This document shows, in pieces, positions 7,120 through 15,877 of a stretch of DNA of 64,000 bases. Under the pieces are notes generated by a model, which was given only the letters and a program-made list of their open reading frames with translations, did no database searches and was not told the DNA's origin. The DNA comes from an uncultured Pseudomonadales bacterium (GTDB taxonomy: Bacteria; Patescibacteriota; Microgenomatia; UBA1400; Chazhemtobacteraceae): the NCBI GenBank assembly GCA_964618725.1, contig CAZUBK010000001.1, forward strand, positions 2,079 to 66,078. Direction: 5' to 3'. Each line of letters opens with the position of its first letter. The first letter of the stretch is position 1. The translations under genes were made by a program, and so were the position numbers.

Positions 7120-8844
7120 ATGGAGAAAGAGAAAAAAGTAATAATTGAGAAGGAACAACTATTATATAAATTGGATTGGGACTTGACCCGGTTTTATGAC
7201 TCAGCTGATGATCCTCGGATAGAGGAAGATACGACCATTTTAGAGCAAGTATGTATTGAGTTTGCTAATAAATATGGCGGAGTAGAGCTAGGCGACTCGA
7301 CTGTTTTACTGATAGTACTAAGTGATTACGCGAAGTTAAACGAGATTTTAGCGAAAAACAAGCCAAGGCGTTATTTGTCGGCCAGAGGTTGGTTGAACAT
7401 CTTTGATGATGAAGTCCGAGTGAGAGGTGAGGTGGTAGATCAAAGAATAACAAAAGCGAAGAGGGTGGCAGACAGTGTATTGTCTCCCTTGTTGCTTTGG
7501 GATGATGAACAAGTGAAAAAGACGTTGGATGATCCCTTACTGATGGATTATCATGCTTTTTTGCGAAGAAAACTAGAAAAAAGAAGTGAACAATTGTTGC
7601 CAGCGATAGAAGAACTTTTGGACGAACATAAAGGGGTGTTCCCTGAGCTTTTTAGGGATCTAGAGATCAGTCTTAGAGAAACGAAGAAGAAGGGAATAAA
7701 AGAGGTTGAACCGAATATGGTCTATGCTAACTTTGCACGAAGCGAGTATGTTAACAGAATTAGGGCACATGGGTTAGAGGATAAACTGAGAGGGAGAGAA
7801 AAGCCGTATAGCTTTCGGCTTAGCCAGTTTGAGATTACTGAGAACGAAGTAATGGAGATGAATCAGGTAATCACTGCTGCGTACCCTTTGGCACACCGAT
7901 TTTATCGTCTCCATGCTCAATTATTGGGTAAAGAAAAGATTAAACCGGGTCAACGGATGACAAGTGTGGGTAAGATTGAGCTGGATCTGAGTCCTAGGAA
8001 AGGGGTGGAGATGATAAAGGAAGTATTTGCCCAGGTAGGAAGGAGGGATTTTGTGGATGGAATGTTTGCCAACGGACAGATAGACTTTTTGCCTTCAGAG
8101 AGCAAGAGTCGGACGTGTTTTGCTAGCTTGGGGCCGGACGAGTTTAGTTTCGTTTTGGGAAACTTCGGGTCAAATCTGGGGTCATTGATAACGGTGGTTC
8201 ATGAGCTAGGTCACGCACTAGATGCCAGTCTTTTCTATCAGCACCCTAATCCGTTGTATCGAAGTCATTTGGTGACGATGTCCGAGTTCCCCAGCAAGTT
8301 GATGGAATTGGTGGCTGAAGATGTAATCAGGCAACATTTAACCCCAGCAGAAGAGATAATTTTTTTAGAAAATCGATTGAACAGCACATTCAACTCAGTA
8401 TTCTTTATCACTGCAATGTTTAACTTTGAAGTTCAATTGCACCAAATGGTGCGGGAAGGTGAGTACCCTTCGGTGGAGAGAATTGCTCAGTTATGGCTTT
8501 CTCAGATGAAGGCTTATATGGGAGACGTTTTTGAGTTCTCTGAGAAAGATGGCTACAACTGGGTGAGTATCCCCCATCTTAGAGCATTTTTTTGTTCACA
8601 TTGTTATATTTTCGGTGATATCTTGGCCCGCAATATGTATAAGAGATATAAGGAGGATTTTCGCTTTTGGAGTCAGATTGAGCAGTTAATGAAGACAGGA
8701 ACAAGTAAACAGCCGAGAGAGTCGCTTAAGAAGCTAGGCATTAATCTTGATATAGGCTACTGGGTAGAGAGTATCAATAGTTTGGGGGAAGAAGTGGACC
8801 GACTAGAAACATTGTGTAGGCAACGAGGATTGTTGAAAAGATGA
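7120..8844 (+). CDS. pepF: M3-family oligoendopeptidase F (PepF-like zinc metallopeptidase)
   Basis: HExxH zinc motif VVHELGHALDAS. Length (about 575 aa) and architecture fit M3B oligoendopeptidases. The table ORF begins at a TTG at 7114; the first ATG is at 7120. Confidence 0.65.
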   Translation: MEKEKKVIIEKEQLLYKLDWDLTRFYDSADDPRIEEDTTILEQVCIEFANKYGGVELGDSTVLLIVLSDYAKLNEILAKNKPRRYLSARGWLNIFDDEVRVRGEVVDQRITKAKRVADSVLSPLLLWDDEQVKKTLDDPLLMDYHAFLRRKLEKRSEQLLPAIEELLDEHKGVFPELFRDLEISLRETKKKGIKEVEPNMVYANFARSEYVNRIRAHGLEDKLRGREKPYSFRLSQFEITENEVMEMNQVITAAYPLAHRFYRLHAQLLGKEKIKPGQRMTSVGKIELDLSPRKGVEMIKEVFAQVGRRDFVDGMFANGQIDFLPSESKSRTCFASLGPDEFSFVLGNFGSNLGSLITVVHELGHALDASLFYQHPNPLYRSHLVTMSEFPSKLMELVAEDVIRQHLTPAEEIIFLENRLNSTFNSVFFITAMFNFEVQLHQMVREGEYPSVERIAQLWLSQMKAYMGDVFEFSEKDGYNWVSIPHLRAFFCSHCYIFGDILARNMYKRYKEDFRFWSQIEQLMKTGTSKQPRESLKKLGINLDIGYWVESINSLGEEVDRLETLCRQRGLLKR

Positions 8845-8845
8845 A

Positions 8846-9136
8846 TCAACGTTTGAGTCCTAACTCTTTGGGTGGGTTCTCGTCTGGGGTTGGAGTTAAG
8901 AAAGGAAGGGGGCAAGTAGAGTTAGTTGGTGGGATAGAAAGCTTTTGTTCATACAGAAAGGATTGCTGAAGAACGATTTGTTTGAGTTTTTGGGTGTTGA
9001 GATAGTCTTTGTAGAGGAGGACGGCGACGATGGCGAAAAGAAAAAAGGTGGAGATTTTCCAGCTATTGGGGTGTTTGTAAGCCGAGAGCTTTAAGTTGGT
9101 TAGGTTTTCTAGTGCGTCGGGAGTTTGGTTGTTCAT
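8846..9136 (-). CDS. Small hypothetical membrane protein with a single TM helix
   Basis: 96 aa with the hydrophobic stretch ISTFFLFAIVAVLLY. Confidence 0.3.
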   Translation of the reverse strand: MNNQTPDALENLTNLKLSAYKHPNSWKISTFFLFAIVAVLLYKDYLNTQKLKQIVLQQSFLYEQKLSIPPTNSTCPLPFLTPTPDENPPKELGLKR

Positions 9137-9193
9137 AGAATTAGTTTATCCTAACTGCAGTTTGCTTTCATAGAAGGCTATGATTAGAGAAAG

Positions 9194-10753
9194 GTGGGTA
9201 ATATAGAGCGTGAGAACAGGTTTGAATTGGAGAAGGTATTTCAAAAGCTGAAGTTGTGGGGAATCGAGGAAGTAGGATTCCTGAGAGAGAATGGGGAACT
9301 TGATTTGGAAGAATACTGCAAATACTTGGGAGGCTTCAGAAATAATGAATACTTGGGAGAACTTTCTTTGGTGGGTCTATCCAAATTAGACTTGGAGGGT
9401 GTCAAGGTAGGCGTCTTTTCTGCTCCGATGGGATTCGGTCACCATCGCCTAAGTCGCTACTACGAGATTTTTCTAAAGACTTTGGGAGTGGCGGTGGAGC
9501 ATATTGATTTGGGTAATAGTGGAGAGAACTTGAGGGTGATGAAGTTTTTTTCTTCTTTGAAGACAGCTTATGTCAATGGGAGCAATAAAACGGCGGTGGA
9601 GACGGGACTCAGTCAATATGCAGAATGGCTTTCGTATGACAGGCATACTTGGTTTACCAAAGCACTAAGAATCTGGGAAGAGCATTGTCCGGAGCATTTT
9701 TACAACACATTTATGGGGAAGCCAGGTAAACATTTGACACCGGCTAATACAAGAAGAACCTTTGGAGTGTTAAACACTTTGTTTGGCAAGGAGCTACGGA
9801 GATATCTAAAACAAAGAGGGATTACTCATAAATTAGTGTTGTATCCAATGGTCAATGCACTAGTTGGTAAGAAAAATACGATTTTGATAGGAACAGATTC
9901 GGTACTTGAGCCAGCGGGTTGGATTCCTGATCCGCTACTGGTGGTAGAGACAGATTACGCAAAAAACAGATTGGTGAAAGCCTGGAGGGGGAAGATGGGG
10001 CAGAATATTCATGTATCAAAGGGGTTTCCCGCTCCGGTGGGAGCTTTGATCCGAAGGAGCGAATTGACAAAAAAAAGAGCGGAAGCGATACCTTTGGGGG
10101 AACCACAAATTCTTTTTTTGCCAGCAAGCGGAGTGGCAACAGCCCAGTTGAAATCCTTTACAGATATATTAGTGGAAGTGGCACCTTTGTTGGATCAGGG
10201 AAAACTTAAAGTAGTGGTGCAAGCCGGAGCTGAAGGATTGGGTAAAAAAGTTCATGACTCTTTGTCGACTCTGGTTGAACAACTCTCGAGTGAATATCCG
10301 GGATTGATGAAAAACGTTGTAATTCATCATGGTCAGACTGTGAGAGCGGCGTTGGATCTTTTTGAAGTAGTGGCAGCCTCAGGTAAACCGATGTCTATAG
10401 CAGTGAAAGGAAGTGAGATGGCTCGAATTGCGGTACAGTTGGGGATTCCTCACATTGTGACGGGAACAATAGGGGAACACGAGAAATGGAATGTAATTGT
10501 TTCTGCCTTACAGGGGGCGGCGGTCATTGTACTGCCAACAGCATTTGATGAGTGTTGGCGATTGGTAGAGTCTAGTGATTTTCCGGAAAATTTAAGGTGG
10601 CCAGCCTGGTTTGCGCTGGAACGAGTGTATTGTCACACGATGACGGACGCATTGATTAGGTCGGAAGAGGTGATCAGGAAAGGCAGGTTGGTTGAGACAA
10701 ATGGGCAGATGATGGTGGAAACGATTGAGATGTTGGTACGAAAAGGCCACTAG
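9194..10753 (+). CDS. GT-B fold glycosyltransferase (MGDG-synthase/UgtP/MurG-like, GT28-type C-terminal domain)
   Basis: The N-terminal G-x-G-H motif (SAPMGFGHHRLS) matches MGDG synthase. The C-terminal block GSEMARIAVQLGIPHIVTGTIGEHEKWNVIVSALQGAAVIV matches the Glyco_tran_28_C pattern. The start is a GTG and is uncertain. Confidence 0.45.
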   Translation: MGNIERENRFELEKVFQKLKLWGIEEVGFLRENGELDLEEYCKYLGGFRNNEYLGELSLVGLSKLDLEGVKVGVFSAPMGFGHHRLSRYYEIFLKTLGVAVEHIDLGNSGENLRVMKFFSSLKTAYVNGSNKTAVETGLSQYAEWLSYDRHTWFTKALRIWEEHCPEHFYNTFMGKPGKHLTPANTRRTFGVLNTLFGKELRRYLKQRGITHKLVLYPMVNALVGKKNTILIGTDSVLEPAGWIPDPLLVVETDYAKNRLVKAWRGKMGQNIHVSKGFPAPVGALIRRSELTKKRAEAIPLGEPQILFLPASGVATAQLKSFTDILVEVAPLLDQGKLKVVVQAGAEGLGKKVHDSLSTLVEQLSSEYPGLMKNVVIHHGQTVRAALDLFEVVAASGKPMSIAVKGSEMARIAVQLGIPHIVTGTIGEHEKWNVIVSALQGAAVIVLPTAFDECWRLVESSDFPENLRWPAWFALERVYCHTMTDALIRSEEVIRKGRLVETNGQMMVETIEMLVRKGH

Positions 10754-10786
10754 CTTGTTTGGTAAATATTCGGATATGATGGAGGG

Positions 10787-11269
10787 ATGAAGATACTGGG
10801 AATAGATCCGGGGACCGGTCGAGTAGGTTGGGCGGTGTTGGAAGTAGACAAAGGAAAGGAGAGTTTGATTGAGTGTGGTTGTTTTGAGACGACGGTTAAC
10901 TCAAGATTAGGAGAGAGATTAGTCAAAGTATTTGATTTTATGGATGAGATATTAGTGCGATTTAAGCCGGACGAGGTGGCAGTAGAAGAACTTTTTTTTG
11001 CCACTAATGCCAAGACGGCGATGAGTGTAGGGATGTCACGGGGAGTAATCGTCTTGGCGGTAGCCAAGAAAGGGAAGATGGTTTATGACTATCCCCCACT
11101 AAAGGTAAAGATGGCGGTGGCGGGGTATGGGAAGGCGGATAAAAGACAAGTCCAGTTTATGGTAAAGCAGATACTTAAGTTGTCTGAGATTCCAAAGCCC
11201 GATGACGCGGCAGATGCGGTGGCGGTGGCATTAACCCATGCCGCGGGGAGAAAAATGAAGCTATTATGA
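10787..11269 (+). CDS. ruvC: Holliday junction resolvase RuvC
   Basis: MKILGIDPGTGRVGWAVLE, EELFF and PDDAADAVAVALTHA are hallmark RuvC motifs. Confidence 0.85.
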   Translation: MKILGIDPGTGRVGWAVLEVDKGKESLIECGCFETTVNSRLGERLVKVFDFMDEILVRFKPDEVAVEELFFATNAKTAMSVGMSRGVIVLAVAKKGKMVYDYPPLKVKMAVAGYGKADKRQVQFMVKQILKLSEIPKPDDAADAVAVALTHAAGRKMKLL

Positions 11270-11285
11270 GTGTTACAATACTTCC

Positions 11286-11855
11286 GTGATTGCATACTTA
11301 AAAGGGACGTTACTGACAAGTGATAGAGGACGTTTGATCGTTAATTGCGGTGGGGTGGGATACTTGGTTAATGTATCGGTGAAGGATTTGGCAGGCTTAG
11401 AAATAGGAAAAGAAGTAGAGGTCTATGTGCATACCCAAGTAAAAGAAGATATTTTGGCTCTATATGGGTTTCTACGTTTGGAGGATCTAAAATTGTTTGA
11501 GAAACTAATCGGGGTATCCGGAGTAGGTCCAAAGATTGGACTGAGTATTATGACGACGGGCAAGAGTGGGGAAATAGTGGAAGCTTTAAAGTCAGGAGAG
11601 GTAGAGTTTTTTACTAAGGTACCGGGGATTGGCAAGAAGAATGCGCAGCGATTGATTGTGGAGCTACGAAATAAAGTGGGGAGTGAAGTAGATGATATGA
11701 AATTCTTGGACGAAGGAGAGAATGAGGTGGTGGAAGCATTGATTGGTTTGGGATTTGCGAAGAAAGAAGTGATTGGAGTGGTGAAGGAAGCAGACAAAGA
11801 AAAGGCTATCGAGGAACAGATTAAATGGTCACTTAAAAGATTAGGATCAAGATGA
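11286..11855 (+). CDS. ruvA: Holliday junction branch-migration protein RuvA
   Basis: GTG start giving MIAYLKG. The HhH motifs LIGVSGVGPKIGLSIM and VPGIGKKNAQRLIVELR are present. Confidence 0.85.
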   Translation: MIAYLKGTLLTSDRGRLIVNCGGVGYLVNVSVKDLAGLEIGKEVEVYVHTQVKEDILALYGFLRLEDLKLFEKLIGVSGVGPKIGLSIMTTGKSGEIVEALKSGEVEFFTKVPGIGKKNAQRLIVELRNKVGSEVDDMKFLDEGENEVVEALIGLGFAKKEVIGVVKEADKEKAIEEQIKWSLKRLGSR

Positions 11856-12832
11856 GTGAAGTTGATGTATTAGATGAAGTATGGAAAAAGATTAGAGCGT
11901 CTTCTTGGGATGACTTTATTGGACAGGAAAGGGTGAGGGAATCCTTGGCTATTGCGATGGAAGCGGCCAAAGGACGAGGTGAGTCGGTGGAGCATGTTTT
12001 GTTGTATGGACCGCCGGGACTAGGTAAGACGACTTTGGCGCATTTGATTGCCAAAAGCATGGGGGTAAATATAAAGATAACCTCGGGGCCGGCACTGTCA
12101 CGAGCTGGTGATTTGGCTTCGATTTTGAGTGGCTTGGAAGTTGGAGACGTTTTGTTTATTGATGAAATTCATCGCTTAAACAAGGTAGTCGAGGAGACGC
12201 TTTACTCGGCAATGGAAGATTTTGCCTTGGATATGGTGCTAGGAAAAGGGCCGGGGGCACGAGTAATCAGACTAGATCTAAATCGTTTTACTTTGGTGGG
12301 AGCGACAACTAAGGCAGGTAATTTGTCGGCACCTTTAAGGGATCGATTTGGAGTAATTAACCGACTAGCTTTTTATTCGAACGAAGAATTAACAGAGATT
12401 GTACTTCGGGCAGCGAAACGGTTGGAGGTAAATCTTGATTCAACTAGCGCGGCGATGATTGGAGAGCGCGCTCGAAAAACGGCTAGAGTAGCGCTTAAAC
12501 TACTGCGACGGGTTAGGGATTTCGCTCAGGTGAAAAATGGTGGGAAAGTAACGCCGATGATAACAGCGGATGCGCTTAACATGCTGGCAATAGATAAATT
12601 GGGGTTGGATGAGACGGATAGAAAAATACTGGAAACTATCATCAAAAAGCATAATGGTGGTCCAGTGGGGCTTGAGACATTGGCAGCGCTGGTTCATGAG
12701 GATGTAACGACAATTGAGGATGTCCATGAGCCCTTTTTATTGAGTGTGGGGATGCTCAAGCGAACAACTCGAGGCAGAATGGTGACGGGATCAGCCTACA
12801 AACACTTAGGGATACCGCTTGACAAGAGTTAG
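11852..12832 (+). CDS. ruvB: Holliday junction ATP-dependent DNA helicase RuvB
   Basis: Walker A motif LLYGPPGLGKTTLAHLIA and RuvB-specific sensor motifs. It overlaps ruvA by 4 nt. Confidence 0.9.
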   Translation: MSEVDVLDEVWKKIRASSWDDFIGQERVRESLAIAMEAAKGRGESVEHVLLYGPPGLGKTTLAHLIAKSMGVNIKITSGPALSRAGDLASILSGLEVGDVLFIDEIHRLNKVVEETLYSAMEDFALDMVLGKGPGARVIRLDLNRFTLVGATTKAGNLSAPLRDRFGVINRLAFYSNEELTEIVLRAAKRLEVNLDSTSAAMIGERARKTARVALKLLRRVRDFAQVKNGGKVTPMITADALNMLAIDKLGLDETDRKILETIIKKHNGGPVGLETLAALVHEDVTTIEDVHEPFLLSVGMLKRTTRGRMVTGSAYKHLGIPLDKS

Positions 12833-12861
12833 CCGTACTTTGAGGTACGGCTAAAAAGGAT

Positions 12862-13293
12862 CTACTCGCCCTTAAGTAAAGTGAGTGCTTTCCTGTATTT
12901 CTCCCAACGTTGGTAGTCTCTTTGGGTTGGTCCCAAAATTCTGGTGGGATCTAAGTTGTCTTCGATGTCAGCGATCTTAACGAGAATGGCATCGATAGGA
13001 CCAGTGAGAATTCTTTGAATGAAGGCCTCATAGTCGTCTTTTTCTGAGGGTAACTTAGTGACAAAACGAAGAGCTGTTATTACAGCGTCATCATAACCCC
13101 AACTTTTGAGATCTTCGAAGCTGACGCTGCAATCCTCTATGACATCGTGGAGAATAGCAATTATTCTTCTATTTTTGCTGGTCATTTTTAGCATGACACG
13201 GATAGGGTGAAGAATGTAAGGCTGGCCCACTTTGTCGAGTTGACCTCGATGAGCGTAAGCGGCTAGAGCGATGGCATCTTCTAAGGTAGTCAA
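12862..13293 (-). CDS. Stand-alone HD-domain protein, likely a small (p)ppGpp hydrolase (RelA/SpoT hydrolase-domain-like)
   Basis: AHRGQLDKVGQPYILHPIRV ... LHDVIEDCS matches the SpoT/Rel HD hydrolase motifs. It uses a TTG start preceded by AAAGGAG. Confidence 0.55.
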   Translation of the reverse strand: MTTLEDAIALAAYAHRGQLDKVGQPYILHPIRVMLKMTSKNRRIIAILHDVIEDCSVSFEDLKSWGYDDAVITALRFVTKLPSEKDDYEAFIQRILTGPIDAILVKIADIEDNLDPTRILGPTQRDYQRWEKYRKALTLLKGE

Positions 13294-13576
13294 GATAGGC
13301 TCCTTTATTTGCGAATCAATGTGCTGGTATCGGTATTAAAGCATGCTTGTCGAGCAAGGGAAAGGGAGGCTAAAAATTGGATACAAGCTTGTAGTATAAG
13401 ATCCTATATGTTCAGGTATTGTTCAGTAGTAATAATTTACTGCTGTATGGGCTATAACTTGACTTATCGTTTTAGAACAAGTTTTCACGGTTCTGTTGAC
13501 TTATCTTGTAATGTAGAGTCAGTAGCAATCCTTGAATTGCTCTGCTAAGATGGTCATGAATTTGAAAAAGTGCGCT

Positions 13577-15085
13577 ATGAAGAACAAAGTCTTGAGTTTG
13601 GTATGCCTATTTTTACTTTTTTTGATGACACCCGCTAGGGTAATGGCGATCGTGGATCCATTAGCGAGAGAGAATAACAAAGTTGGAGTTCATGTCTTGT
13701 CTCCTGATGAGATAGAAACGGCGTCCAAGCTAGTCAATGGTGAGAAGGGTAGCTTTGGCTATGTAGTGGTGCCAATTCAAGCAACTGATCGAGATCGTGT
13801 CAAGTGGAGCAAGTTTATGAGGAAAGCGACAGAGCTAAAAGTGATTCCAATTGTCAGGGTGGCGACTTATGTCGATGAGGTGAACTGGGAAGAACCAAAT
13901 AATTTTGATCTGATTGATTTTGCTAATTTTTTAAACGACCTGCCTTGGCCAACAGCAAACCGATACGTAATCATTTTTAATGAGGTGAATCGGGCAGATG
14001 AGTATGGTGGTTATGTTTCGCCAAGTAGATACGCTGATATCTTGGTGAATGCGGTAAGAATCTTTAAGGAGAGAAATGAGGACTTTTTTGTTTTACCGGC
14101 AGGACTGGATAATGCGGCAAGAACATCTGCGAACGCGATGAAGTGGAACGACTATTTAACGGCAATGTGGCGACATCAGCCTAGTGTTTTTTCTTTGATC
14201 GATGGGTGGGTAAGCCACTCATATCCAAATTATGGTTTTATCGGAAAGGCAACAGATGGGCATGATCACTCGATCAGGGGATATCTGTCCGAGCTTAGTT
14301 TGATTGCTAAGTTTAGTGAGAAGAAGCTCCCAGTATTCATTACCGAAACTGGTTGGGATATGGAGAAGTTGAGTGAGAGAAAAGTAGCCGAGAACTTTGA
14401 ATATGCATATACCAAGGTGTGGAATGATGGCCGGGTAACAATGGTGGCCCCATTTTTGCTGATGGCGGGAGAGGGACCATTTGTAAAGTTTTCTTTATTG
14501 AAAAAGGATGGGTCACCGAGTCTGGCGTACCGGACGATTCAACGAAGTGTCACAGTAGGGAGACCGGTTGAGGCAGAGTTAGACAAAGTGGCAGTAAAAG
14601 GGGTGAATACAAGTAGTAAGGGAAATAGCGCTCAATGGATGGGTGAGCCTAAAATCGATACTTCTTGGTTCAGTGCTTGGTGGCAGAGTCTGACCAGATG
14701 GGTTACAGGAATGAAGAAGCAGGATAAAGAGAAAAGGGAAGGAAGGGAGAAGGTAAGGATAGAACTGAAAGAGTACTGGGTGACTAGGGCCGTTGATAAT
14801 CAGAGTCGAAGTAGGGGGTTATCGGGAAAAAAGAGTTTGGCAGAAGACGAGGGGATGCTATTTGTATTTGAGTTGGCGGGTAAGTATGGCTTTTGGATGC
14901 CCGATATGCGTTTTGATATCGATATCGTTTGGATAAGAGGGGGGAGGGTGGTTGGAGTAAGTCGGGGTGATCATACAAAACCAAAAGAGATATCTTATCC
15001 CCCAGTAGATGTGGATTTAGTCTTGGAGGTGAATCCAAGATCGGAGATTCAAGTGGGAGATGAAGTGGTCTTAGGGGTAGAATGA
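13577..15085 (+). CDS. Secreted two-domain protein: N-terminal clan GH-A-like glycoside hydrolase domain fused to a C-terminal DUF192 domain
   Basis: Signal peptide MKNKVLSLVCLFLLFLMTPARVMA. The motifs NEVNRADEYGG and FITETGWD look like GH-A acid/base and nucleophile motifs. The C-terminal GMLFVFELAGKYGFWMPDMRFDIDIVWI matches DUF192 (COG1430). The table ORF begins upstream at a TTG (13532). Confidence 0.45.
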   Translation: MKNKVLSLVCLFLLFLMTPARVMAIVDPLARENNKVGVHVLSPDEIETASKLVNGEKGSFGYVVVPIQATDRDRVKWSKFMRKATELKVIPIVRVATYVDEVNWEEPNNFDLIDFANFLNDLPWPTANRYVIIFNEVNRADEYGGYVSPSRYADILVNAVRIFKERNEDFFVLPAGLDNAARTSANAMKWNDYLTAMWRHQPSVFSLIDGWVSHSYPNYGFIGKATDGHDHSIRGYLSELSLIAKFSEKKLPVFITETGWDMEKLSERKVAENFEYAYTKVWNDGRVTMVAPFLLMAGEGPFVKFSLLKKDGSPSLAYRTIQRSVTVGRPVEAELDKVAVKGVNTSSKGNSAQWMGEPKIDTSWFSAWWQSLTRWVTGMKKQDKEKREGREKVRIELKEYWVTRAVDNQSRSRGLSGKKSLAEDEGMLFVFELAGKYGFWMPDMRFDIDIVWIRGGRVVGVSRGDHTKPKEISYPPVDVDLVLEVNPRSEIQVGDEVVLGVE

Positions 15086-15089
15086 GGAG

Positions 15090-15761
15090 GTGATTATTCT
15101 TCATGGTGAAAATCAAGTTCAGTCGAGGGCGAGGTTACAACAGATTAAGGAAAAAGAGAGACAGAAAGAACTGGTAAACCTTAATGGAAAGACGCTGGAA
15201 CTAAGTGTCTTGATTCAGGCCTTAGAGGCGGGTAGTTTGTTTGGTGGAGATAGATTGGTGGTGGTGGAGAACATACTTTCTTCTCCGGCTTCGAAGCGGC
15301 TGACGGAAATCCTTGAATATCTTATTGGACAGCAGGCAAGGGATTTGGTTATCTGGGAAGAAAAGGCCGTATCTGCCGCGGCACTAAAGAAAATCGGAGG
15401 GGAGGCAGAAGAGTTTAAGATTAGTTCGACAGTTTTCTCTTTTATTGAGTCTATCTCACCATCTAATACGAAAATGATTCTGAAGGGTTTTGATCAGGCG
15501 TTAGAACATGATGCAGTCGAGTTGCTTTTTTTTATGTTGGTGAGGCAAATTAGACAGTTGATTCAAGTGGTGAGTGACCAGGCCTCGTTTAGGGGACCTA
15601 GTTGGTTGGTGGGTAAGCTGGCAAGACAAGGGAGGGCTTTTGGTCTTAAGAGGCTTCTATCGATGCATCAGCAGCTTTATGAAATAGATAAAGGGATTAA
15701 GATGGGTAAGACAAATCTTGATTTGAAAACGGAGTTGGAATTGTGGATGATAGGATTGTGA
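15090..15761 (+). CDS. holA: DNA polymerase III delta subunit (HolA-like, short form)
   Basis: MIILHGENQVQ ... GDRLVVVEN matches the N-terminal pattern of delta subunits. It has a GTG start and sits in a replication/repair context. Confidence 0.45.
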   Translation: MIILHGENQVQSRARLQQIKEKERQKELVNLNGKTLELSVLIQALEAGSLFGGDRLVVVENILSSPASKRLTEILEYLIGQQARDLVIWEEKAVSAAALKKIGGEAEEFKISSTVFSFIESISPSNTKMILKGFDQALEHDAVELLFFMLVRQIRQLIQVVSDQASFRGPSWLVGKLARQGRAFGLKRLLSMHQQLYEIDKGIKMGKTNLDLKTELELWMIGL

Positions 15762-15877
15762 TAACAGCTTGCTCACTTTTTCAGAGTAACTGGTCGTTAC
15801 TTTTCTGAAACGTTGCGCTTCCTGTTATATTATCGCCGATAATAGCTGTCGCATTATTGGCTCAATATAGAAAAAAA

